NCBI GenBank assembly: GCA_963777605.1
Contig: CAVZRV010000007.1
Span: 1,056,001 to 1,120,000 of the forward strand
From: an uncultured Acidobacteriota bacterium
GTDB taxonomy: Bacteria; Acidobacteriota; UBA6911; RPQK01; JAPXNP01
Direction: 5' to 3'
DNA length: 64,000 nt
Below the pieces are notes generated by a model, which was given only the letters and a program-made list of their open reading frames with translations, had not been told where the DNA came from and made no database searches. Shown here piece by piece: positions 50,413 to 63,500 of the stretch (position 1 is its first letter; every line of letters begins with the position of its first letter). Both the position numbers and the translations under genes were made by a program.

Positions 50413-50492
50413 CAGGCAAATCTAGCCGAATTACTACCCGCTGGCAAAAGAGACCGGCATGCAAGGAGTTCACCTTGGATCGGGAGAGTGGT

Positions 50493-50510
50493 TGGGTAGG
50501 TGCGTACCCA
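50493..50510. promoter_or_regulatory. Candidate upstream activator sequence
   Basis: TGGGTA-N6-TACCCA palindrome with further CTACCC half-sites near 50435 and 50525. Confidence 0.45.
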
Positions 50511-50594
50511 CTTCGGTTCCGTGGCTACCCATTACCGCCAGCCGTGTTTTCGCAAATGTGAAGAGATTCCTCGACTTATGGCCCGCCTCTAATC

Positions 50595-50609
50595 TGGCAT
50601 CGGATTTGC
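50595..50609 (+). promoter_or_regulatory. Sigma54 promoter
   Basis: TGGCATCGGATTTGC followed by T; near-consensus -24/-12, 20 bp before ATG 50630. Confidence 0.75.
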
Positions 50610-50629
50610 TTCATAATTGTCCGCGAAAG

Positions 50630-51589
50630 ATGGGGGAACGGCCATTGCTAGAGTTGGACAAACTGGAAATTGAGCTGCAAAAAGAGTTGGATTGCCCGAG
50701 CGACGCGATGAAACGCGTCTACGCGCAGGTCGGGCGCATTGCCCGGACCGATCTCGATGTCCAGATCGTGGGAGAGCCAGGTGTCGGGAAGGCAACGATT
50801 GCCCGCCGCCTTCACCGGGAATCTGATTACGCCTCGAGTCCGTTCGTCACAATTCAGGCCCCTCGTCTGGCTGCGGGCTGGATGGACTCCGCCTTCCTCG
50901 GTACCAAGGCGTACGCCCCGGAGTGGGCTGCCCTGAAGGCCGGGGGGGCCGCGACTCTGTTCATCCCCGAATTGACCGAGCTCGAACCGAATGCCCAGGC
51001 CGCTCTGCAGCACATTCTCACCGACCGGGATTCACATTCCTCCCCGACCCGCCTGCGAGTTATCGCGGCCACTTCATCCGACCCGGACGAGGAAATCAGG
51101 GAAGGACATCTCCGGGAGGACCTGCTGCTTCGGCTCGGTGCCATCACTATCCGTGTGCCGGCGCTCCGGGACCGTCGGGAGGACCTGCTCCCACTACTGG
51201 AGCATTTTATCCATCTGGCTTCTCGCGGGAACGGGAACGGCAGCGGGATCGACTTCCCCCGGTCCAGTTTTGCTCCGTTGCTGGGTTATCACTGGCCTGG
51301 AAATGTGAAGGAGTTGCGCGAGCTCTCCGAAGAACTCGTGCAAAGCGGGGCCGATCCCGCCTGTCTGGTTCCGGAGGAGAGACAGTCCGAGCAGGGCCCG
51401 CCTGAATCGGAGCACAGCCCGGCAATGTCCCTGGCCGATGCTGCCCGGATCGCCAGCGAAGCGGTGGAGAGACAGCTCATCGTGCGGGCCCTGGAAGAGA
51501 ACGGATGGAATCGAAAGCGGGCTTCTGAGAAATTGCACATCAGCTATCGAGTTCTCCTTGATAAAATCCGGCGGTTGGGGATTCGGTAG
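50630..51589 (+). CDS. Degenerate sigma54 enhancer-binding-like protein (AAA + Fis HTH, no GAFTGA, no sensor domain)
   Basis: GEPGVGK, RVIAAT, WPGNVKEL and HTH kept; GAFTGA loop absent; Walker B reads LFIPE. Confidence 0.85.
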   Translation: MGERPLLELDKLEIELQKELDCPSDAMKRVYAQVGRIARTDLDVQIVGEPGVGKATIARRLHRESDYASSPFVTIQAPRLAAGWMDSAFLGTKAYAPEWAALKAGGAATLFIPELTELEPNAQAALQHILTDRDSHSSPTRLRVIAATSSDPDEEIREGHLREDLLLRLGAITIRVPALRDRREDLLPLLEHFIHLASRGNGNGSGIDFPRSSFAPLLGYHWPGNVKELRELSEELVQSGADPACLVPEERQSEQGPPESEHSPAMSLADAARIASEAVERQLIVRALEENGWNRKRASEKLHISYRVLLDKIRRLGIR

Positions 51590-51662
51590 GGGCGAGACAG
51601 TTCGAATTCCGGACGTTGGTCTTCATTCATCGAAGTTGTGTGTTCTCCCAAGCGGGGCTGCC

Positions 51663-54600
51663 ATGAAACAGACTCTCATCATCTCGTTGTTTCTCTCGTT
51701 GTTGCTCCTTCCAGCCGGGGACGTGGAGGCCTCCACTGAAATGCCGGCACTCCCGTTGAGGTTCGAAGCGTTGCCCAACGGTGACCTGGTCAGTCGGGGA
51801 ACCGGGTTTAAGGTCCTCCTGCCCGCAGGCTCTCCTGAGGTTCGCCTGGTCCTTCCCGGTTCCGGGGCGGCGCCACTTACCATGGAACTGGGAGGAAGCG
51901 ATGGAGTGACCGGATTCGCCGGCGAGGAGCCGCTCCCCTTCAGGACCCACTATTTCAAGGGGGAGGCCCGTTCCGGCTGGCGGACGGATGTCGCCGCTTT
52001 TGGGAAGGCTCGGGCCCGATCGGTCTATCCGGGAGTAGACCTGGTCTTTTACGGTTCCGGCAGGGAACTCGAATTCGACTTTGAAATTTCTCCAGAAAGC
52101 GATCCCTCTCAAATCGCTCTGGGCTGGAACGGGGCTGCATCGCTTTCCGTCGCTCCGACGGGCGACCTGGTTTTCAACTCGCCCGGCCGCGAGTTCCGAC
52201 TCCGGGCTCCCCGCGCGTTCCAGCGCGTCGGCGGGGGAGAGCGCCCGGTGGCCTGCCGATTCGCTCTTCTGAACGACCGTTCGGTCAGGTTCGTGGTCGG
52301 TGACTACGACAGGGCGCTCCCTCTGGTCATCGATCCGGTGCTCAGCTTCTCCACTTACCTCGGGTGGGCCGAATCGGATTCCCTCAGCGGAATCGTGCAG
52401 GACTCGGGCGGCAACTACTATGTGGCCGGTTGGACCGATTCGGTGGGATTGCCGACCGGTAGCGTGCTGCAGGACGAGAAGGGCGGGGGGAAGGACGTCT
52501 TCGTCGCCAAACTGACGCCGGCCCGGCAGCTTTCGTGGATCACCTATATTGGCGGGGCGAAAGACGACCTGGCGTCGGACATCCGACTCGATTCGAAGGG
52601 CGGGATCTACGTAGTTGGTTCGACCGGGTCAACCGACTTTCCCGTAACCGAGGGAGTCAAGCAGGGAACCTACGGCGGAGGCGTCTCTGACGGATTTCTG
52701 CTCGAACTGAACTCTTCGGGTTCTGAATTGACCCTGTCAACCTACCTGGGCGGGTCGGGCGAGGACATCGCCAATACCCTTTCGTTTGCTGCAGCCGGAG
52801 ACATTCTGGTTACCGGGTCCACCCGTTCGAGCAACTTCCCCGTGACCAGCGGTGTTTTCCAGTCAACCTTTTTCGGCGGCACCGACGCGTTTGTCTCCCG
52901 CCTCTCTCCCAATGCGTCGAGCATGGTTTTTTCGACCTATTTCGGAGGGAGGAGCAACGACAACCCGGTCGCCATCCTGGAACAGGGAGACGGCCTGATT
53001 CTGAGCGTCGGAACCACCAACTCGGCCGACCTCCGTCTCGAAAGACCGATCCAGGACAGCCTTGGTGGGAGCAGCGACATCTACATTTCCCTGATCCGTT
53101 CCGACGGGAAGGGGATGGAGTTTTCCACCTTCCTGGGCGGCCGCGGTGCCGACACGGCCTACGCGGCGGCAATCGACGACAGGGGTGCCGTTGTCGTCGG
53201 GGGCGAGACGAGCAGTGACAACTTCCCGCTCGTCGATCCGATCCAGCCGATTTACAAGGGCGGTACGGACATGTTCATCGCCCGGCTGGAAGTGGATCTC
53301 AGCGGGATTTCGATGTCCACCTACCTGGGCGGCCGCGGCTATGACTCCCTTCGTGGACTGGGCCTGCTTTCGAACGGCCGGGTCTATCTCGGGGGTGTTT
53401 CGAACTCGACCGATCTGCCGTTGACCGGGGCGACCGCGCTCGACCGGGGCAACGCCGAAGTGGTCGCCGCCGCCGTGGACCTCGACCGGTCCTGGTTGGC
53501 CTACTGCACCTACCTGGGTGGTTCGGGGAACGAGATCCCCGGCGGAATCTCGCTCGGGCTGCAGGAGAGACTCCTGATTGCCGGGGCGACCAATTCTCTC
53601 GACTTTCCCTCGGTTGCCGGGTTCCAGGCTTCGTTCGGAGGAACCGGGATCGTTCGATCAACAACGGGTGGTCAGCAGTGGGCCGAGACCGGGAGCGGCA
53701 TCCCGGATCCCAACATCCAGGCGATCAAGGTCGTGAAAGGTTCTGTCTACGCCGGAACACTCTCGTCCGGCATATACGTCTCCAGGGATCAGGGCGGCAC
53801 CTGGGAGGCGATCGGCCCGGAGGGCCGGGGCGTAATCTCTATCGCCGTGGATCCCAACGACAACGATGTCGTCTATGCGGGCACGACCAGTGCACTGATG
53901 CAGACCACGGATGGCGGGGCGACCTGGCAGACCCTCAGCGACGGGGACCGCCTCCCATTTACATCGTTTACCGCTCTTGCCTTCGACCCCAAGAACAGCA
54001 GCGTGGTCTACGCGGGCACTTCCCAGACCGGCCTGTTCAAGACCGACAACGGGGGAGCAAAGTGGGTCCGGCAGACCAGTAGTCTCGATGCGGCCGGAAA
54101 TGCGATCTACAGCATAGTCGTCGATCCGGTGGACACGGCAACACTCTACATTGGGACCGCCGGAAGCGTCTACAAGTACATCCCCAACCCCCCGTCCGGT
54201 GAAGGTCCCTGGAAGAAGATGAGCGTGATCAGTTCCGACGGCATCAGGGGCCTGGGCATTGACCCGGCCAATCCCCAGCGCCTTTACGCCGCCGTCTATG
54301 TTCCGTCGGGTCCTCAGCCGGGCTACTACGTGGCGAGAACGGAGGATGCGGGAACGAACTGGAGAACTTCGGCCAATACCCTTCCGGCGGCGATCACCGG
54401 GCTGGCCGTCAGCCCGTCGGATCTGACCGTGATTTTCGCTGCCACCAATGGGGAGGGGATTTTCAAGAGCACCGACAGCGGCGAGTCGTGGAACGGGTTG
54501 AACCAGAACCTTGATGTCCGGAAAGTCCTCACCTTCGCCGTGGACCCGCAGAGCGCCTCCCGGATGTACGCCGGCTACCAGAGCAGTTCCGACGGTTTCA

Positions 54601-56097
54601 TGGCAGAACTGAAGCCGGTCAACCAGTTTTACTTCCCGCAGATCGCGGACGGCGTGCAGGTGCAGGGCCGGATCAAGTTCCAGACCGCTTTCGCGTTCGT
54701 CAATACCGGAGACGACACCACGATCCGGATGGAGTTCTTCGACTCGGACGGGAAGCCTCTGGCGATCGCGGTCGGGTCGAACCCCCCTGCAGCCGAACTC
54801 GAGATTCCGGTCCAGGCCGGGGGTGCCTACTACGCCCAGACGCCGGCCGATCCCGGACTGCGGGTCGGCTACGCCCGGGTCACCGCGGGTCCGGGTGTTG
54901 ACGGGACCGCTATCTTCACGCGGACCGACAACTACTCGAAGATACCCCTTTACGAGGCGGGAGTCCCGGCTACCCGGGCCGCCGGCGATTTCGTCTTCCT
55001 GCTCGATTCACTGGGCGATCGGGATACCGGCATCGCCCTGGTCAACACCGCCGAGGGGCTTCCTGACGAGGAGGATCCTTCTACGATCGAGCTCTCTCTT
55101 CGGGATTCGGATGGATACCTGATTGAGGAAACCACGGTCAGCCTCGCCCGAGGGCACCACCTCGCGAAGTTTATCGGCGAGTTGTTCCCGTCGGTGGCCG
55201 CTCAGGTTTCGGAACTGCGGGGCGTGATCACGGTCAAGTGCCCGGTTCCGGTCGCGGCCCTGACGCTGCGTCAGCGCGATAAGCCACTGGTGGAGTATCC
55301 GAACGAAGTGGCGTCGCTGACACCGTTTCCGGTCATGGCGCCGAGCAACCTGGGTTCTACGCTTTACTTCCCCCAGGTGGCTGACGGCCTCTTCGGGTCG
55401 GGTCTGACCCAGAGCGACCAGTTCCAGACCACCTTCTTCATCGCCAATCCCGGATCGGGAGGCTTCTCGACCAGCTTCGCGCTGGAGTTCTTCAATTCGG
55501 AAGGGCAACCGATGTCTCTTGAGCTGGGCAGCGGGCCGGCGGTCAGCAAGGTCACCGGCAGCCTCGCCCCGGGCCGGTTCAGGGTTTTTGAAACCACCGG
55601 CACCGGCAACTCCGCAGATCGGTTACGCTCGCTTGACCGCGTCCAGTCCGGTGATTGGGGGTACGGCCGTGTTCACCCAACTCTCTCACAACCTGACCAT
55701 GTTCGAGGCGGGGGTCGCCGCGACCCTGCCGAGGCGCAAGTTCAGCGTTTTTCTCGATTCGATCGGAGACCACGACACCGGCCTGGCACTGGTGAATACC
55801 TCCACGGAAGCTGCCGAAATCACGGTGCGCCTCTATGACATGGACACCAACCTGGTCTACGAAAAGACCCTCGATCCGCTGGAGCCCGGGCAGCACCTTC
55901 CGCAGTTCATCTTCCAGATGCTCCCGGAGGTTGCGGCCCAGGCATCGGAAATGCGGGGAGTCGTGACGGTGGAGAGCACCCAGCCCCTGGCCGCGGTCAC
56001 CCTGCGGCAGAAGAACAAGGTTGGAGTGGAGTTCCCGACGGAAGTGCCGACGCTGACGACCTTCCCGGTCATCGCCGGGTTTGCCCCGATCGAGTAG
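51663..56097 (+). CDS. Large exported SBBP-repeat/beta-propeller surface protein, one frameshift near 55608
   Basis: Signal peptide, YPGVDLVFY, LVIDPVL, STYLGG repeats, xTDxGxxW (BNR-like) repeats, two YFPQ.ADG domains; deleting one A at 55608-9 joins the frames. Confidence 0.88.
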
Positions 56098-56320
56098 GGT
56101 TCCGAGGTTCCGAGTGGAAAGAGTTCGTCCAGTCGGACGGTTCCGGTGTGGGACAGGCCGTCCGGCGCAGGCGTGTCTCTGGGGCAAAGTCCTCTTCGGC
56201 ACGCCGTTTCTGGTTCCTTGCCCCGGGTAGCGAGATTTCCCGTCTCACGGTTGCCTATCTCAAATTCCACCTTCACAATCGGCGCGAAATAGGCCATCCT
56301 TATCGCCGGGGGGGCGAGGA

Positions 56321-56749
56321 TTGAAGGGTGTGATGCGTGTTGAGAGCAAACTGGGCAAGGTGATCATTCGGACCCGGGACAAGCGGGTCTTTCGGGGATT
56401 CTCCAAATCTGATCTGATCAACGATCAGGTCAACCTCATCGATGCCAAGGGAAATCAGCAAGGCTTCGAACTGGACGAGTTGAAGGCAGTCTTCTTCGTC
56501 AAGGACTTCGACGGAGATCCTTCCTACCGCCCGGTCCGGTTTGTCAGGGGAAGCACCGTACCCCCATGGTTATGGGCCCAGGCTACCTTCTTCGACGGTG
56601 AAGTCATCGAGGGAAGGGTGCGCAACGAGATGAGCTTGTTCGACCCGCGGGGGATCTTCCTCTGGCTCTCCGACGAAGAGGCCAACAATGAAGTCGCCTT
56701 CGTGGTTCGATCCGCCCTGCGCGACTTTAGAATCGTCGGAATTGCCTGA
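56321..56749 (+). CDS. Conserved hypothetical protein (DUF6982-like)
   Basis: KVIIRTRD, ELKAVFFVKDFDG, TFFDGEVIEG; start uncertain. Confidence 0.75.
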   Translation: MKGVMRVESKLGKVIIRTRDKRVFRGFSKSDLINDQVNLIDAKGNQQGFELDELKAVFFVKDFDGDPSYRPVRFVRGSTVPPWLWAQATFFDGEVIEGRVRNEMSLFDPRGIFLWLSDEEANNEVAFVVRSALRDFRIVGIA

Positions 56750-56854
56750 TCCCTCAAATTCGAAAGCCGAAAACAGTGCTCCGCCCTGACGGAAGGTTGT
56801 TGCTCCGAGAAATGCGAGGACAGCTGTCCCACCCGGAACCCGGAACCCCGAAAC

Positions 56855-58255
<1,401 letters not shown>

Positions 58256-58410
58256 TCCGCTCCCTCCCAGAAACCACCGCCAACAAAAGCTCCAGTCTAG
58301 ATTTACATTGAATTTGCTGTCAAGAAGGTAGTGGGAGCGGCAGAGGCGGTTTCTGGTTTTCTGGTTTCTGGTTTGACGTGTCTCGTCGGGATTCGGGAAC
58401 CGCAAGGTAA

Positions 58411-58457
58411 TCCAGGCAGCCCTGCCTGGAATGGCGCGCCAGGCAGCTTGCCTGGCG
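58411..58457. repeat. Two tandem palindromes CCAGGCA-N3/4-TGCCTGG
   Basis: tccaggca-gccc-tgcctgga and cgccaggca-gct-tgcctggcg. Confidence 0.8.
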
Positions 58458-58685
58458 ACAGTCGACATCTACTCTCTACAATTCTAAATTTGTGATTGGG
58501 AAGCGAAATTCTTGAGGTGCACCGTTCGCCCATGTCGTTCCGCGGGGGGCCCAGGACTCGAGACAATGAACGAGAACCGGGCAACTCAGAACGTCGAATT
58601 GCGGACATTCGAAGTCGGGAATCCCGAACAGCGAACCCGAATGCCGAAGTTGAAGTGTGAAACCGAAATACGAAGTGCAAACTGG

Positions 58686-58794
58686 ATGTCCGGATGAGAG
58701 GCAACGGAAGCTTTCGCTTCCTGATGGTGATCGAACCGTGCCGTGTCCGCAAAAGCGGAAGCTGCCGCTTCCGACACTCCAGATTGAGGTGCCG
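58686..58794. repeat. REP/REPIN-like dispersed repeat, copy 2
   Basis: Matches 4371..4479, including identical AGCGGAAGCTGCCGCTTCCGACACTCCA. Confidence 0.8.
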
Positions 58795-58917
58795 GCTGAC
58801 CCGAAACGTTGAACTTTGAACGAGGAACCAGGACACTCCCTGCCCGCTTCCCGCTTCCCGCCCTCCGCTTGACTTTCTCTCCCGCTGCGCCATGATCAGG
58901 GGACAGGGAGGCACACC

Positions 58918-60138
58918 ATGCAGGAAGAACGGAGCCAGGTCAGTCGGAGAAACTTTTTCAAGGCGACGGCGGGCAGTGCTGTCGGCCTCAGCATCATGTC
59001 GTCCCGGACCGCGTTCGGGTCACAGGCCAACTCCAAGGTCACCATCGGAATGACCGGGTGTGGCGGCCGGGGAAACTTCGTGGCCGAGCGATTCGAGAAG
59101 CACAGCAACTCGAAGATCGTTGCACTTCACGACTACTTTGCCGACCGGGTCAACCGGACCGGTGACAAGTTTCAGGTCGATCCGAGCCGCCGCTATGTCG
59201 GGCTCGATGGATTCCGGGAGTTGCCGGCGTCCGACGTTGATGTCATCGCCGTCATGAGTCCTCCCACTTTTCATCCCGACCAGATCGTGTCCGGCATCGA
59301 AGCAGGCAAGCATGTCTACATGGCCAAGCCGCTGGCGGTGGATGTGCCGGGGTGCCGGAAGATCCTGGAAGCCGCTCGCAAGGTGAAAGGAAAGCAGAGT
59401 CTTCTGGTCGACTTCCAGACTCGCAATCACCCGCTTTTCCGGGAGGCGGCTTCCCGGGTGCACCGTGGTGACATCGGGTTTCCCGTCCTTGGGCAGGTCT
59501 ACTACCAGGCCGGCCGGCTGACTCCCCAGGCCCAGGGGCACTCTTCGATGGCGCGCCTGCGCAACTGGGTGTTCGATATCGCCCTCTCGGGCGACATCAT
59601 CGTGGAGCAGAATATCCACGTGATCGACGTAGCCAACTGGTACACGAAGGCCCAGCCCTACAAGGCGCAGGGAACCGGGGGCCGCAAGGCCCGGACCGAT
59701 GTAGGGGACTGCTGGGATCACTTTGTGGCCACGTTCTGGTATCCCGATGGAGTCTTGGCCAACTTCAGTTCGGGGCAGTACCTGAAGGGGTATGACGACC
59801 TCTGCATCCGCTTTTTCGGCTCGGAGGGAACGGTCGATTCTCACTACGGCGGGCCCGTCAAGATCACCGGGGACCATCCCTGGGAGGGCGGTTCGACCGA
59901 GGGGATCTACAACGACGGAACAGTCAACAATATCAAGGATTTCCACGCCTCTGTTGCGGAAGGAAAACCGCTCTACGACACCGTCGAGGAGAGCATTCAC
60001 AGCAACCTGACGGCGATCCTCGGCCGTATGGCGGCCTACAGCGGAGAACCGGTCACCTGGGACGAAATGTATCGTTCCACCGAGGTCCTGGAACCAAACC
60101 TGGACCTGCCTCCCGACGGCCCGAGCTGGAAACCATGA
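58918..60138 (+). CDS. Tat-exported Gfo/Idh/MocA oxidoreductase
   Basis: SRRNFFK Tat motif, GCGGRG, GKHVYMAKP, VEQNIHVID; GGGAGG RBS. Confidence 0.92.
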   Translation: MQEERSQVSRRNFFKATAGSAVGLSIMSSRTAFGSQANSKVTIGMTGCGGRGNFVAERFEKHSNSKIVALHDYFADRVNRTGDKFQVDPSRRYVGLDGFRELPASDVDVIAVMSPPTFHPDQIVSGIEAGKHVYMAKPLAVDVPGCRKILEAARKVKGKQSLLVDFQTRNHPLFREAASRVHRGDIGFPVLGQVYYQAGRLTPQAQGHSSMARLRNWVFDIALSGDIIVEQNIHVIDVANWYTKAQPYKAQGTGGRKARTDVGDCWDHFVATFWYPDGVLANFSSGQYLKGYDDLCIRFFGSEGTVDSHYGGPVKITGDHPWEGGSTEGIYNDGTVNNIKDFHASVAEGKPLYDTVEESIHSNLTAILGRMAAYSGEPVTWDEMYRSTEVLEPNLDLPPDGPSWKP

Positions 60139-60428
60139 AGCATCTGTGATTTCTGACTTGAAACTTCACCTGAAGCTTGGACCCTGGGTCCATTTGAAAC
60201 GTGGAATGGCACGGACACAGAGCCGGGGGTAAGGCGAAGCCGCGCCCCCGGGTTCGCGGACCCAGTTCACTCTCTGAATGATCCAGCGCCCGGGCCGTTG
60301 GCACTCCTTCCGGTGGCTACTGGACGTCCGGAGTAGCGCTCGTTCCTCTCGCGTTCAGAAATGCAGGCCCATGGTCCTGTCGAAAACTTGTCACGTTGAT
60401 CATCGAACGCGGAACGAGGACACTCTTA

Positions 60429-60481
60429 CCCGCTTCCCGCTTCCCGCTTCCCGCTTCCCGCTTCCCGCTTCCCGCTTCCCG
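60429..60481. repeat. Perfect heptamer tandem repeat (CCCGCTT)x7
   Basis: Seven exact units plus CCCG, just before the TGCTAAAAT extended -10 of metH. Confidence 0.95.
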
Positions 60482-60524
60482 TCTCCTGCTAAAATGATCC
60501 TTTTCACAGCAACGCCAGGCGACT

Positions 60525-63500
60525 ATGACCGACCGGGAACGACTCCTTCGACAGCAACTGGGACAGCGAATCCTCGTCCTCGACGGTGCCATGGGGACGA
60601 TGATCCAGTCTTACCGGCTCGGCGAGGCCGAGTACCGCGGGACGCGGTTCGCTGAACACGCGGTTGACCTGAAGGGGAACAACGACCTTCTCAGCCTTAC
60701 CCAGCCCCGGGTGATTCGGGAGATCCACGACAAGTACCTGGCGGCCGGTGCCGACATTATCGAGACCAACACGTTCAACGGCACGGCGATCTCTCAGTCC
60801 GACTACCGGCTCGAGGCCCTGGCCTACGAAATCAACCTGGCCGCGGCGCAACTGGCCCGTGAAGCTGCGGACGCCTGCACCGCGCAAGATCCCAACCGGC
60901 CTCGCTTCGTGGCGGGAGCATTGGGACCGACCAACCGAACTGCCTCGATTTCCCCCGACGTCAACGACCCGGGTGCCCGCAACATTACGTTCCGTGAATT
61001 GGTCGAGGCTTACCAGGAAGCTGCGCGGGGCTTGGCCGACGGTGGTGCCGACCTCCTCATGATCGAAACCATCTTCGACACTCTGAACGCCAAAGCCGCC
61101 ATTTTCGCGGTAGAGAGTTGTTTCGAGGAGACCGGGGTGCGGCTTCCGGTCATTATTTCCGGCACTATCACGGACGCCAGCGGGCGGACGCTTTCGGGCC
61201 AGACCACGGAAGCCTTCTGGAATTCGATCCGTCACGCCCGCCCGCTGGCGGCCGGACTCAACTGCGCGCTTGGTGCTGGAGAACTGCGGCCCTACATTCA
61301 GGAGTTCTCCCGGATTGCCGACGTCAACATTTCGGTCTATCCCAACGCCGGATTGCCGAACGAGTTCGGGGGTTACGACCAGAGCCCGGACCAGATGGCC
61401 CGCCACCTCGAGGAATTCGCCCGGGCCGGCTTCGTCAACCTGGTCGGGGGCTGCTGTGGGACGACGCCGGACCACATTCGGGCTATCCACGACCGGGTTA
61501 GCACCATTCCACCTCGAACCGTTCCCCGGATCGAACCGCGCTGCCGTCTCAGCGGACTCGAGCCCCTGAACATCGGCCCCGACACGATGTTCGTCAACAT
61601 CGGGGAGCGAACCAACGTGACCGGATCGAGGAAGTTCGCCCGCCTGATCAAGGAAGAGGACTACGAGGTGGCACTGGACGTTGCCCGCCAGCAGGTCGAG
61701 AACGGGGCCCAGATGATCGACGTCAACATGGACGAGGGGATGCTCGATTCGAAGGCGGCGATGGTGCGTTTCCTCAACCTGATCTCTTCGGAGCCCGACA
61801 TCTGCCGCGTGCCGGTCATGCTGGATTCCTCCCGCTGGGAGGTAATCGAGGCCGGCCTGCGCTGCCTGCAGGGCCGCTCGGTGGTCAATTCGATCAGTTT
61901 AAAGGAAGGCGAGGAAGAGTTCCTCCGCCACGCCCGGTTGGCCCTGAAGTACGGGGCTGCCGTGATCGTGATGGCGTTTGACGAAACGGGGCAGGCCGAT
62001 ACCCGGGACCGCCGGATCGAAGTCTGCCGGCGGGCTTATCAGCTCTTGACCGAACGGATCGGTTTCCCCGCCGAGGACATCATTTTCGATCCGAACATTT
62101 TCGCGGTTGCTACCGGGATCGAGGAACATCAGAACTACGCCGTCGATTTTCTGGAGGCAACCCGCGAAATCAAGCGCGCGCTTCCCCACGCCCGGATCAG
62201 CGGCGGACTGAGCAACCTCTCCTTCTCGTTCCGGGGCAACGACCCGGTGCGGGAGGCGATGCACTCGGTGTTTCTCTACCACGCGATTCAGGCCGGACTG
62301 GACATGGCCATCGTCAACGCCGGTCAGTTGGCGGTCTATGAAGACATCGAGCCGGTACTGCGGGAACGGGTCGAAGACGCCATCCTGAATCGCCGCCCCG
62401 ACGCGACGGAGCGGTTGCTCGAAATCGCCGCCAACTACTCGGTTCGCGAGAAGAAAGAAGAGGAAGAGCAGGAGTGGCGGAGCCGGCCGGTGGGCGAGCG
62501 GTTGACCTATGCCCTGGTTCACGGGAATCCCGACTTTATTGAGGCCGACACCGAGCAGGCCCGCAAGGAGTTCGATCGGGCCATCCAGGTCATCGAAGGT
62601 CCGCTCATGGACGGCATGAACGTCGTCGGAGACCTTTTCGGAGCGGGCAAGATGTTTCTCCCCCAGGTCGTCAAGAGTGCCCGCGTCATGAAGCGTGCGG
62701 TGGCCTACCTGATTCCTTTCGTCGAAGCGGAACAGTCCGAGACGGGAGTCCACAAGTCCAAGGGGAAGATCCTTCTGGCGACGGTCAAAGGGGACGTCCA
62801 CGACATCGGGAAGAACATCGTGGGCGTAGTGCTCCGCTGCAACAATTACGATGTCATCGACTTGGGGGTCATGGTGCCGGCCTCCCGGATCCTCGAGGCC
62901 GCCCGCAGGGAACAGGCGGACATCATCGGTCTGAGCGGGCTGATCACTCCGTCGCTGGACGAGATGTGCACGGTGGCCTCCGAGATGGAGCGGCAGGGGT
63001 TCCAGATTCCTCTGCTGATCGGAGGCGCAACGACCTCGTTGGCCCACACCGCGGTGAAGATCGCTCCCAACTATTCGGGGCCGGCCGTCTATGTGACCGA
63101 CGCATCCAGGGGAGTGACGGCCGCCTCCAGCCTCCTCGGGGAGAACCCGCAGGCATTCATCCAGAAGACGGCCACCGATTACGAGGAACTCCGCCGGCGT
63201 CACGCGGGACGAACCCGGAGCACCGAGTTTGTCTCCCTGGACGAGGCCCGCGCCAACCGGATCGACCTGGATTGGGAGTCCTACGTTCCCCCTGCCCCGG
63301 CTCACATCGGCGTGCGTGAGTGGGACGACTTTCCTCTCGCCGAGTTGGCCCGGTACGTCGACTGGAGCCCCTTCTTCAAGACCTGGGAGTTGCAGGGAAA
63401 GTACCCGGCGATCCTGGAGGACCCGGTGGTCGGCCAAGAGGCGTCGACGGTGCTGGCCGATGCCCGGGCGCTGCTCGATCGCATGATCCGGGAACGGCTC

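Noticed and set aside
55600-55620. Programmed frameshift in the surface protein
   Set aside because: No slippery sequence or long homopolymer; similar single indels elsewhere point to sequencing error
56197-56211. CGGCACGCCGTTTCT as a sigma54 promoter for the DUF6982-like gene
   Set aside because: The -12 GC is absent; too weak to call
56160-56260. c-di-GMP-I riboswitch-like words (GGCAAA, GGTAGCG, GTTGCC)
   Set aside because: GNRA tetraloop stem and GACGCAAA junction missing
60140-60524. SAM or cobalamin riboswitch upstream of metH
   Set aside because: No recognisable core motifs; the probable promoter is only ~30 nt from the start
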